64,000 nt of DNA from an uncultured Gammaproteobacteria bacterium (GTDB lineage: Bacteria > Pseudomonadota > Gammaproteobacteria > Magnimaribacterales > D2472): contig CAYQIT010000001.1 in the NCBI GenBank assembly GCA_964417685.1, positions 145,157-209,156 of the forward strand. The letters are read 5' to 3'. Both the position numbers and the translations under genes were made by a program. Position 1 is the stretch's first letter; each line of letters opens with the position of its first letter. Shown here in pieces: positions 8,985 to 17,815 of the stretch. Below the pieces are notes generated by a model that was not told where the DNA came from, did not search any database, and saw nothing but the letters and a program-made list of their open reading frames with translations.

Positions 8985-9662
8985 CTATTTTTTATTATTA
9001 AATTTTAATAATTTATTTTTCCATTTTCGAGTTAATACATTAAATTCAGCTGTTTTAACAAAAAAATCTTTAAAGATTAGATCTCTGTCAACCATAAGAA
9101 TCACAATCTGGCTTATATCAGTACCAAACATTACATTATGAGCATTGGCATATGCGCATCCTTGAAGAAAATAATCCTCAATCCACTCTCGTTTCTTAAT
9201 TTTTTTAGCAGTTTTGAAATCAATGATAGATGGAACCCCATTAACAAGGCCCACACAATCAGCTGTTCCGGCATACAAACCATCGAGTATAAGACCAACT
9301 TCTAACCCCCAAATTTCATTGATTGAATTCAAGCCATCAGATATAAATTTTTTGGTAATTAGGCGTGAGGTGTTTTGATCTGGAAGAGATATATCAAATT
9401 CATCCCATTGTTCTTTCTTAAGGTAATTTTCAAGAGCCTCATGAACAGCTGTACCTATATCAGTGCTTTGCTTGATGATTCTGTCAGCTTCAAGATCACC
9501 AACTCTTTGTCTCCATCTATCAATACCCTCTGAAGCATTTGATGTATTGCTTAAAACCGTTGTAACACTTGGAACTGGTTTTCCGTTTGAGTCAAGATAA
9601 TGTCTCCCTGAATCAAGCTCAACCCTCTCCAACTCAGGATAGTCATATAGATTTTTTAACAT
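8985..9662 (-). CDS. PD-(D/E)XK (RecB/Cas4-like) nuclease family protein
   Basis: Ordered motifs GTAVHEALE, GTADCVG, IIDFKTAKK (D-x-K) and LQGCAYANA (QxxxY). There is no Cys cluster and no helicase partner. Confidence 0.6.
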   Translation of the reverse strand: MLKNLYDYPELERVELDSGRHYLDSNGKPVPSVTTVLSNTSNASEGIDRWRQRVGDLEADRIIKQSTDIGTAVHEALENYLKKEQWDEFDISLPDQNTSRLITKKFISDGLNSINEIWGLEVGLILDGLYAGTADCVGLVNGVPSIIDFKTAKKIKKREWIEDYFLQGCAYANAHNVMFGTDISQIVILMVDRDLIFKDFFVKTAEFNVLTRKWKNKLLKFNNKK

Positions 9663-9666
9663 AAAA

Positions 9667-10572
9667 TTATTCTATATTAGAATCTATAAATTTAATCAAA
9701 TCCTTAAAAGATTTTTGCTTATTAATTTCATTAAATACCTCGTGTCGCGAACCACTTACTAAATTAATTTCAGTTTTATGAAACCTTTGAAGTAAAAATT
9801 CATGAAGAGACATAACTCCTTTACCATTTATACCTACAGGATCTTGATCACCAGAGATTAGATAGATAGGTAGATCAAGATTTGAATTTATATACTTATT
9901 AATATCAAAAACCTTTAACATTTGATTGCTTAATTGATACCACAAAGAATTAGTTACCAGAAATCCACACTTAGGATCATCTGTATATTCATCTACACTT
10001 GCTTCATCTCTTGAAATCCAATCATTTGGAGTCCTGTTTGGGGAAAATATATTGTTATATTTTCTCATTGTGATCTTATCAATAAATTTACTATAGGATT
10101 TTTTTCCAAACAAAAATGATAAAAAGGTTACGAGCCTTCGTTGAGCTAAGATCGTTTGATTTGGAATTAAGGATGAACCAGTTAATATTAATGCATCTAT
10201 ATTTTGATATTTTTGAATAACTCCCATAGCTATCCATGAACCCATGCTATGTCCAATTAATATTTTATTTAAGTTAGGAAATTTTTGACTTACATAATCT
10301 AAGATATAAATTAAATTATTTTCAACATCTTCAAAATCATCAGCATTTGAAAAATAACCTGGAGTAGCTCCATCATCTATGTACTTACCATGGCCAAGGT
10401 GATCTGTACATATAACATGGTATCCGGCAACATTAAGTTGTTTTATTAACCACTTGTATCTATTAATATGCTCAGCCATTCCGTGGCTAATAACTACAAC
10501 TCCTTTTATGGATTCAGTAACTGAAAAGCACTCATAAATAAATTTGTTATCAATAGGCAATTTTATAGACAT
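9667..10572 (-). CDS. alpha/beta hydrolase, lysophospholipase / monoacylglycerol-lipase-like
   Basis: Oxyanion HG (VISHGMAEH), nucleophile elbow GHSMGS, late Asp (GDQDPV) and His (SRHEVFNE). Confidence 0.75.
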   Translation of the reverse strand: MSIKLPIDNKFIYECFSVTESIKGVVVISHGMAEHINRYKWLIKQLNVAGYHVICTDHLGHGKYIDDGATPGYFSNADDFEDVENNLIYILDYVSQKFPNLNKILIGHSMGSWIAMGVIQKYQNIDALILTGSSLIPNQTILAQRRLVTFLSFLFGKKSYSKFIDKITMRKYNNIFSPNRTPNDWISRDEASVDEYTDDPKCGFLVTNSLWYQLSNQMLKVFDINKYINSNLDLPIYLISGDQDPVGINGKGVMSLHEFLLQRFHKTEINLVSGSRHEVFNEINKQKSFKDLIKFIDSNIE

Positions 10573-10610
10573 AATTTATAATAAACCCAATCAATTATTA
10601 AATAAATGAT

Positions 10611-11720
10611 ATGAATGATATAAGCATTATTGGAACAGGTTTATGGTATCCAGATGAAATAACTACCAATGAGGAAATAGTTAATTCATATAACACTTAT
10701 GTAGACAACTATAATGAGGTAAATAAGCTTAATATTGCAGAAGGAAGTGTTTCAGCCTTATCTCATTCATCAGAAGAGTTCATTGCAAAAGCTTCTGGTA
10801 TTAAAACTAGAAGAATTATAGATAAGAAAAATTCACTTGATCCAGAGCTTATGAGGCCCGTGACAAAAAATGAAGATGAATCTGAACTCTCTTTGCTAGC
10901 TCAGGTAGGAATAAGTGCTGCAAAGAAAGCAATGGAAAATGCAAATGTATCTGCTGATCAGATTGATGGAGTAATATTAGGGACATCTCATTCAGGAAGA
11001 AACTATCCAGCTGTAGCAATTGAAATACAAGAGGAGCTTGGTATAAATGGCTATGCTTATGACATGCTAGTTGGGTGTTCTTCTACAACTTTTGCTATTA
11101 GCAATGCCTATACTGACATAGCATCAGGTATGTCTGATACTGTTCTAGTTATAAACCCGGAAATTACTACTCCTGGTTTAAGTTTCACAAATAGAGATGT
11201 TCACTTTATTTTTGGTGATGGATGTGTAGCAACTATATTGCAAAGAAATAATACAAAAGGATTTAAGATTCTTGATAGAAAACTTGTAACTAAATTTTCT
11301 AATAATATTAGAAGTGATCTAAGTTATTTTAATAGAACAGCATCAAATAAAAAAACTTCAGAAGAACTCCTTTTTTATCAAAATGGCAGGAGTGTGTTTA
11401 AAGAGGTTTGCCCATTGGTTGCTAAAACAATTAACGAACAGTTAGATAAAAACAATATTTCACCTGACGATATCTCAAAGTTTTGGCTGCATCAAGCTAA
11501 TAGCAAAATGATAAGATTGATTGTATCAAAAGTTATAGGTTCTGATGATTTTGATGAAAATCTAGCGCCGCTTCCTATGCAAGACTATGGTAATTTAGCA
11601 TCTGCTGGATCTATGTTTGCTTTCAATTTACATAATGATCTTAAGTCTGGTGAAAAAGGAATAGTTTGTTCTTTTGGAGCTGGGTATTCAATTGGATCAC
11701 TCCTAGTCGAAAAAATTTAA
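10611..11720 (+). CDS. beta-ketoacyl-ACP synthase III (FabH-like) family condensing enzyme
   Basis: Cys-His-Asn triad pattern: VGCSSTTFA, WLHQANSKM, YGNLASAGS. At 369 aa it is longer than canonical FabH. Confidence 0.75.
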   Translation: MNDISIIGTGLWYPDEITTNEEIVNSYNTYVDNYNEVNKLNIAEGSVSALSHSSEEFIAKASGIKTRRIIDKKNSLDPELMRPVTKNEDESELSLLAQVGISAAKKAMENANVSADQIDGVILGTSHSGRNYPAVAIEIQEELGINGYAYDMLVGCSSTTFAISNAYTDIASGMSDTVLVINPEITTPGLSFTNRDVHFIFGDGCVATILQRNNTKGFKILDRKLVTKFSNNIRSDLSYFNRTASNKKTSEELLFYQNGRSVFKEVCPLVAKTINEQLDKNNISPDDISKFWLHQANSKMIRLIVSKVIGSDDFDENLAPLPMQDYGNLASAGSMFAFNLHNDLKSGEKGIVCSFGAGYSIGSLLVEKI

Positions 11721-11761
11721 ATTTAGCTAACAATTAAGAAGAATATATTTATAATACGACC

Positions 11762-11905
11762 ATGGCACAATACGACGCAGTAATAGTTTTTATAATAGCA
11801 ACTATATTTGTTTCCTTTTATATATTTATAGAAGCTAGACCTCATGGCTCATCTTTTATTGCGGATGTAAAAGACACTCTTAAAAGGTTTTTTAGAGTTA
11901 AATAA
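11762..11905 (+). CDS. small membrane protein (47 aa), hypothetical, coupled to tspO
   Basis: MAQYDAVIVFIIATIFVSFYIFIEARPHGSSFIADVKDTLKRFFRVK*. Its TAA (11903-11905) lies 1 nt before the TTG start of the TspO ORF. It is below the track cutoff. Confidence 0.3.
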   Translation: MAQYDAVIVFIIATIFVSFYIFIEARPHGSSFIADVKDTLKRFFRVK

Positions 11906-11906
11906 A

Positions 11907-12350
11907 TTGCTCTCTAAAAATAAGAACTTAATATTTATATTTGTAATATTAGCCTTGATTCTTGGTGGTCTATCATCCAGCAATACAGCATCAGATCCTT
12001 GGTATCTGAGTCTTAATAAATCTGAACTTAACCCTCCTGGGTACGTTTTTGGTATTGTCTGGCCAATTCTATACATTTTAATGGCTATTTCAGCCTACAT
12101 AACATATCAAAAAGTTTATCAACTTTTCTATAGTCAGCTTTTATTTAATACAGCTTGGTCTTGGATATTCTTCTATTTCCACCAACCAATAATCGCCCTT
12201 GTGGATATATATGTGCTGATAATAATTAATATTTATATTTTATTTAAAATGTTCAATATCAGTAATTTAGCTGGATATCTATATATACCTTATATAGTAT
12301 GGCTATGCTTTGCTTCCTACTTAAATCTATTTATAGTTTTATTTAATTAG
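11907..12350 (+). CDS. tspO: TspO/MBR tryptophan-rich sensory protein
   Basis: WYLSLNKSELNPPGYVFGIVWPILYILMAIS plus Trp-rich TM helices. It has a TTG start and no in-frame ATG near the N-terminus. Confidence 0.8.
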   Translation: MLSKNKNLIFIFVILALILGGLSSSNTASDPWYLSLNKSELNPPGYVFGIVWPILYILMAISAYITYQKVYQLFYSQLLFNTAWSWIFFYFHQPIIALVDIYVLIIINIYILFKMFNISNLAGYLYIPYIVWLCFASYLNLFIVLFN

Positions 12351-13573
12351 ATAAATATAGATAAGACTAGGCCAGTCATACAAGATGCAAGAGTAGCTCC
12401 TACAAGAGCCTTTAAGGACACTTCAATTAATTCAGGTTTCTTTTCAGGCGCCATTGCACTTATACCTGCAACTAAAATCCCTATTGAAGAAAAATTAGCA
12501 AAACCACAAAGTCCATACAATGTAATAAGCCTTGATCTATCTGAAAGTGCTCCTTCAGATAATGCTGCTAAATCAAGGTATGCAACAAATTCATTTAAGG
12601 CTGTTTTAGTTCCAAGCAACTTACCAGATATTAAAGCCTCATCCCATGGAATACCCATCATCCAAGCGATTGGTGCAAACATATAACCAAGAATAAGTTT
12701 TAAAGAAAGGTCCTCTCCACCTAAAGATATTGGTATTAAGCCAAGTATTGAATCAGCAATAAAAACAAGCGCTATGAATGCCAAAACAATTGAACCAACA
12801 CTTAATGCAATATTCATTCCGTCGCTTGTACCACGTGTAATTGCATCCATAGTACTTTCATATACCCTAGGAGTTTCCGAAGATTCAAAATCAGTAACAT
12901 GATTGGATGGAATCATAATATTTGCATAAACAATTGCTGCAGGAACAGACAAGATAGATGCAATTAAAAAATGTTGTATTAGATTGATATCTTCGAACTT
13001 CATATCCAGTATGCTAACTAAAGCAATCATCACCGAACCAGCAACAGTAGCCATTCCAGTGGTCATTAATATTAACAATTCTTTTTTGGATAGATCTTTT
13101 AGGTATGGCCTTATTAATAGAGGAGCTTCAACCTGACCTACAAACACATTTGCTGCTCCACCTAAACCTATAGGGCCACCTATGTTAAAAAGCTTCTGAC
13201 ATACAATTGAAAACCCTTTAACTAAAATTGGTAAAACGCCCCAATACCACAGAATTGCTGTTAAACAAGACATCACGATAATAAATGGCAATATGTGAAA
13301 AGCAAAAATCATGCCGTCAGCAGGATCTCCTAAATAACCAAACATAAAAATAGTACCCTCTTTTGTGGCTACCTTTAATACTTCTACACCATCTGCTAGA
13401 TAGGTAAAGAAAGATGTTATAAGCGGTGCCTTTAAAAGCAGTAACGCAAGAAATATCTGAAAAGCTATACCAGCAACAAGATGCTTATAGTTTATTAGCT
13501 TAATATTATTTGAGAATGGAATAGCCAATGCTATCAAACCAATGAAACCAATCAGTATTTGTATATATTGCAT
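12347..13573 (-). CDS. nupC: concentrative nucleoside transporter (NupC/CNT family)
   Basis: 408-aa polytopic protein with the C-terminal CNT signature YGLCGFANFSSIGI. Confidence 0.85.
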   Translation of the reverse strand: MQYIQILIGFIGLIALAIPFSNNIKLINYKHLVAGIAFQIFLALLLLKAPLITSFFTYLADGVEVLKVATKEGTIFMFGYLGDPADGMIFAFHILPFIIVMSCLTAILWYWGVLPILVKGFSIVCQKLFNIGGPIGLGGAANVFVGQVEAPLLIRPYLKDLSKKELLILMTTGMATVAGSVMIALVSILDMKFEDINLIQHFLIASILSVPAAIVYANIMIPSNHVTDFESSETPRVYESTMDAITRGTSDGMNIALSVGSIVLAFIALVFIADSILGLIPISLGGEDLSLKLILGYMFAPIAWMMGIPWDEALISGKLLGTKTALNEFVAYLDLAALSEGALSDRSRLITLYGLCGFANFSSIGILVAGISAMAPEKKPELIEVSLKALVGATLASCMTGLVLSIFI

Positions 13574-13576
13574 AAT

Positions 13577-14491
13577 TTAGTATAGCTTAATAGCCTTTAA
13601 TCTTTCATTTAAAAAATCATCTGCTATCACACCTTTTGATTCAGGGTCAAAGATATCAGACAAATTAGTTTCTGGAGATGGGTGCATAAAAAATGGGATA
13701 CTGTACCTAGATGAGGGTTCGTTATCTACATATTGAACTACTCTATGGGTGGTGCTCTTAAGTTTTTTATTTGTTACAAGCTGCATCATGTCACCAATAT
13801 TACAAACAATTGAATTTATGCTTGGTTTTACTTTTATCCATTCACCATTTTTATTTAAGACCTCTAATCCCCCTTCTTCTGCTCCAACTAATAAGGTGAT
13901 TAAATTAATGTCTTCGTGAGCTCTAGCCCTATGAATATTTTCATTATTAAAGACAGGTGGATAATGAATGGGTCTTAGAAGTGAATTTCCTTTAGATGTC
14001 CAAGAATCAAAAAAATGTTTATCTATCTTTAATGATTGAGCAATGGTTCGAAGTACCCTAGTTCCTATATTGTGAAGCTCGTTAAATAGTAGATCAAAAT
14101 TATCGTTAAAATCTTTTAGTTCATCTATGTTGATATTTGCAGGTATTTTATCTGAATATGTATTGTCTATAACCGGACCGTGATGCCAAAACTCTTTAAG
14201 ATCAGCGACACTTTCACCAACTGCAGTTTCAACACCAAAAGGTGTGTAGCCTCTAGCACCTTTAAGAGAAGGATTATGATATTTTTTTTTAGTCTCTTCT
14301 GACAGATTAAAAAAATCTTTAGATGATTTATAGCATTGACTAAGAACAGATTGTGATAAACCATGATCAGTAATAGAAAAAAAGCCATGGTTATTCAGAG
14401 CACTATCTAAAAGTTCTATTGATTTAGAATCTCCCTCTTCAATACTTTTAAAAGATAGTTCAGGTATTTGTATATCTGTATTCATAGGCAT
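13577..14491 (-). CDS. 2-oxoglutarate/Fe(II)-dependent oxygenase (isopenicillin-N-synthase family)
   Basis: HxD...H facial triad (AHEDINLITLL ... STTHRV) and RYSIPFF (2OG-binding Arg). Confidence 0.8.
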   Translation of the reverse strand: MPMNTDIQIPELSFKSIEEGDSKSIELLDSALNNHGFFSITDHGLSQSVLSQCYKSSKDFFNLSEETKKKYHNPSLKGARGYTPFGVETAVGESVADLKEFWHHGPVIDNTYSDKIPANINIDELKDFNDNFDLLFNELHNIGTRVLRTIAQSLKIDKHFFDSWTSKGNSLLRPIHYPPVFNNENIHRARAHEDINLITLLVGAEEGGLEVLNKNGEWIKVKPSINSIVCNIGDMMQLVTNKKLKSTTHRVVQYVDNEPSSRYSIPFFMHPSPETNLSDIFDPESKGVIADDFLNERLKAIKLY

Positions 14492-14492
14492 T

Positions 14493-14519
14493 AAAAAAGG
14501 CGGTATAAAACCGCCTTTT
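14493..14519 (-). terminator. intrinsic terminator after the TonB receptor gene
   Basis: GGCGGT (14499-14504) pairs with ACCGCC (14510-14515). On the minus strand the stem is followed by a T-run. Confidence 0.7.
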
Positions 14520-14535
14520 AATTATATATCAATTA

Positions 14536-17500
14536 TTAGAATTTATATTTAATTCCTAATTGAGCTCTCCAGATACTCTGAGTAGCTGATATTCTGTCTT
14601 CCCAAGGATTATCAGGATCGTATCTATATGCATAACCACTATAGTCATACTTATTGTCAACAATTCTTAAATCCATAACATCGAGTCTACCTGAGTAGTA
14701 ACCAAATTTAACAACACCTTTCTTGTCATCAATTAAGTTAAGGAGGTTTTCAATACCAAGTGTAATCACAACTTCATCATCAGCTCTAAATCCAGGTAAA
14801 ACCTGAGTTAGCTTAACATCAAGAGATGATTGCCATGGGTAATTAAATGATCCTCTAGGTTGGATTTGACCAGCATACTTCTCTAAACCATAAACGTTAT
14901 GTAGAAGGTTGATAACTTCTGCAGCTCTTGCAGATGCTTCAAATGAACCCTCATCACGACATTTATATGACCAGCAGATCAATGGATCGCTGGTGCCAGT
15001 TGGTATATAAAGTAAAGCTGAACTATCGTCATTTAAGTTAAAGTCATAACCGAACGCTTTAGCTTGATAGTCACCAGTTGAACCAGTATATGTATCAAAT
15101 GATAAGTATCCAGGTAGACCAGACTTTCTCTCAAAGATAACAGAGAAAGTTGTTGGTTTGTCTTCACCAAAGAAATAGTGCTTAGATGTAAGAGTAGCTA
15201 GGAATCTATGTTCTGTTTCATATATAGATCTCATTGGCTTTCTATTGTTGTAGTCAATCGCACCAACCTTACCGAAGTTAGAGTTTGATGTAGATGATGT
15301 CATACCACTAAGCTCATCAATATTTTGACCTGTATAACTTAGAACAAGTCTTCCATCACCATCATTAAAGCTTCTAGCAAAAGTAGCTGAGATAACCTCT
15401 CTTTCACCGCAACAGTCATTATATAAACCAGCTTTATATGTTCTTCTTCCTGTCATGTTGTATATAGGTCTTCCATCAGGAGCTGTAGCTGTTGGAACAG
15501 TAGGCTCTACTCCATCTAATGGATATCCTGTATCAATAACTTTATAGATAGCCTCTTCTTGATCTGAGAATAGATAAGTAAGATTCATATCCCAGTTTTC
15601 AGATAGCTGCCTCTCATAAGTAATGTTTAATATTTTTGATTCTGGCCATTCGAAGTTTGGAGATACAAAATCAATTTTTGCACTTGTTAAAGGTGCATTA
15701 GCAATAGCTTCCTGCACACAACCTGGAAGACCAACTCCAGCACCTGCTAGCGGGTTACAACCAGCAGCAGCATAGTCAGAGTTATAAGCAGAAACTCTAA
15801 CTCCATCATTTGTATAAGCATTAGATATCCAAACAGCTGGAAGCTTAGCTGAATATGTTCCATAAGTTACGTTTAATGAGCTTATATCATCAATCAACCA
15901 ATCTGCACCAAATCTGTAATTGAGCAGATTAGTTCCATCAATACCAGCATTTGCAAAACCATATTCGGCTTCGAAATCTGGGTTAGATGCAGGAGCATCA
16001 TCCGATGAATATTCGTCGTATCTTAAACCCGCTGTTAGAGTTAAGTTATCTGACACAGTAATCTCATCTTGAATATAAATAGATGATAGGCTGTATTCAA
16101 AATTAGCAGCAGCATCAGCTGGATTTCCAGTTTTAGCATTATTTGCAAAGAATGAACTAGCATTTCTGTTATTGAAATCATCCAATGAATCAAATTCCCA
16201 CTGACCATCTTGAGCAACAATAAATAGGTTATAAATATCCCAAGTGGTGTTTTCATAACCGGCTGTTATCTTATGGTTATCTTGATAATAAACAGCTTTT
16301 AACTTAAGAAAATCTGTTACTGTTGATAGCTCATTTGCACTTCTATAGATGTCAGCTCCAATATATACCTCATTTCCATATGCATTATCTATGTATAGGT
16401 TTGGTACATTTTGCCCAGCTGGAGAGTTTTGACCAGTATTAGTCTCTTTACTTGAGTAGTTAATTTCAGTAGATAGATCATCAGACCAGTTTGAAATTAA
16501 AAGAACACTATTAGTTTCTGTCTCTTCTGTTTTTAAGTATGAAGCAGAAGTAAAGTAGAAAGAATCAAAACCGCTATCAGCTCTAAGTCTGTCACCATCA
16601 ACTAATTTATAGTCATATTGCACTCTGTGATTTTCATCAATAATATAATCCAGTCTTAAAGAAACATTTTCTTGTGTAGATTCTGTTGTATCAGCATAAG
16701 AAAGTGGATCAAATCCATAAAGATCTATTGTTGTTTGTCTAATTTGAGCAACTTGATCAACTGTAATTGATTGTTCTATTTGAGCATTAGATCCGGCAGG
16801 TCCAAATAGGACTGGGTTCGTAACTACACTTTCTTCATAAGATGTGAAGAAGAAAGCTTTGTCTTTTAATATTGGTCCACCAAATGTAAAACTTGTAGCT
16901 GTATCTTCTTTATCAAAGGTATAGTCTCTTCCGTCAATTTTATCACCATAAAATTGATCTCCTCTATCATAAAAAGCAACACTTCCTGAGAAGTCATTTG
17001 AACCACCTTTAGTAATAAATTCAATCACACCACCTCTGAAGTTTGAATATTCAACAGATGCAGGAGCAACTTTAATGCTCATTTGCTCAATAGCATCTAA
17101 GTTAAGTGGACTTCTTTGTGATGGGTAACCATTTCCATTTAGACCAAAGTCATCATTGAAAGAGACACCATCTACTTTAATATCATTAGATCTTGGATGA
17201 GCACCACCAATACTTATAGCAGAATTATCATCTTCAGCATCATCAAGAGACACTAGAGGGTTTAATCTCATTAAATCTTTAATGTCACGCGTTATTGAAG
17301 GAGTGTTTTGAATTGTTTCTGCATCAATAGTAGTTGTATAACCTGATGCAGCAATCTGTTCAATTTTTTGACCAACAACTACAACATCATCAACATCACC
17401 AACGGCAGTAAGCGTAAATGAAACTCTTCCAGTCTCACCAACTTGTAGATAAGTTTCAGCAGTATCAGACAGTAACCCAGTAGCAGAAACCTTAACTTTG

Positions 17501-17724
17501 TATGGACCACCAGGTCTTAAACCAGCTGCTCTATATCTACCATTATCTGCTGTAACTCTCGTTACAGATGAGTTTGTAGGTACGTGTGTAATCTCAACAG
17601 TTGCACCACCAACAGCATCACCACCGGAAGAAACAACACCCGAAATATCTGATGTTAATTCTTGCGAAAATGCTAAAGGAGAAATGAAAAGCGAGAGTAG
17701 AAAAATTCTAATCGATTTGCTCAT
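14536..17724 (-). CDS. TonB-dependent receptor, Oar-type (N-terminal carboxypeptidase-regulatory-like domain)
   Basis: 1062 aa with a signal peptide and a CarboxypepD_reg-like Ig domain (GVVSS.GDAVGGATVEITH..TADNGRYRAAGLRPGGPYKV). A plug domain, a long beta-barrel and the terminal ..LGIKYKF follow. Confidence 0.85.
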   Translation of the reverse strand: MSKSIRIFLLSLFISPLAFSQELTSDISGVVSSGGDAVGGATVEITHVPTNSSVTRVTADNGRYRAAGLRPGGPYKVKVSATGLLSDTAETYLQVGETGRVSFTLTAVGDVDDVVVVGQKIEQIAASGYTTTIDAETIQNTPSITRDIKDLMRLNPLVSLDDAEDDNSAISIGGAHPRSNDIKVDGVSFNDDFGLNGNGYPSQRSPLNLDAIEQMSIKVAPASVEYSNFRGGVIEFITKGGSNDFSGSVAFYDRGDQFYGDKIDGRDYTFDKEDTATSFTFGGPILKDKAFFFTSYEESVVTNPVLFGPAGSNAQIEQSITVDQVAQIRQTTIDLYGFDPLSYADTTESTQENVSLRLDYIIDENHRVQYDYKLVDGDRLRADSGFDSFYFTSASYLKTEETETNSVLLISNWSDDLSTEINYSSKETNTGQNSPAGQNVPNLYIDNAYGNEVYIGADIYRSANELSTVTDFLKLKAVYYQDNHKITAGYENTTWDIYNLFIVAQDGQWEFDSLDDFNNRNASSFFANNAKTGNPADAAANFEYSLSSIYIQDEITVSDNLTLTAGLRYDEYSSDDAPASNPDFEAEYGFANAGIDGTNLLNYRFGADWLIDDISSLNVTYGTYSAKLPAVWISNAYTNDGVRVSAYNSDYAAAGCNPLAGAGVGLPGCVQEAIANAPLTSAKIDFVSPNFEWPESKILNITYERQLSENWDMNLTYLFSDQEEAIYKVIDTGYPLDGVEPTVPTATAPDGRPIYNMTGRRTYKAGLYNDCCGEREVISATFARSFNDGDGRLVLSYTGQNIDELSGMTSSTSNSNFGKVGAIDYNNRKPMRSIYETEHRFLATLTSKHYFFGEDKPTTFSVIFERKSGLPGYLSFDTYTGSTGDYQAKAFGYDFNLNDDSSALLYIPTGTSDPLICWSYKCRDEGSFEASARAAEVINLLHNVYGLEKYAGQIQPRGSFNYPWQSSLDVKLTQVLPGFRADDEVVITLGIENLLNLIDDKKGVVKFGYYSGRLDVMDLRIVDNKYDYSGYAYRYDPDNPWEDRISATQSIWRAQLGIKYKF

Positions 17725-17815
17725 AATAGTAATATCCTCTATAAATATTAGTAAAAATTTTAATACCTAAATAATAACAGAAAAAATACGAAAACTTGTT
17801 ACAAAAAGGTAACTT

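Noticed and set aside
11849-12076. 75-aa minus-strand ORF overlapping the tspO start.
   Set aside because: It is antisense to a well-supported TspO gene and to the coupled small ORF. It has no motifs or SD.
14167-14388. 73-aa same-strand ORF inside the 2OG oxygenase gene.
   Set aside because: It is an alternative frame within a gene that has clear family motifs. Its product is Leu/Ile/Lys-rich, as expected from frame-shifted AT-rich coding DNA.
17797-17813. TGTTACA...GGTAAC upstream of the Oar-type receptor, and TGTTACA at 38400-38406 upstream of the phytase-linked receptor, considered as extra copies of the 57190-57236 motif.
   Set aside because: An AT-rich 7-mer like this is expected several times per strand in 64 kb by composition alone. 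These are single copies without the 9-bp periodic context, which is not convincing.
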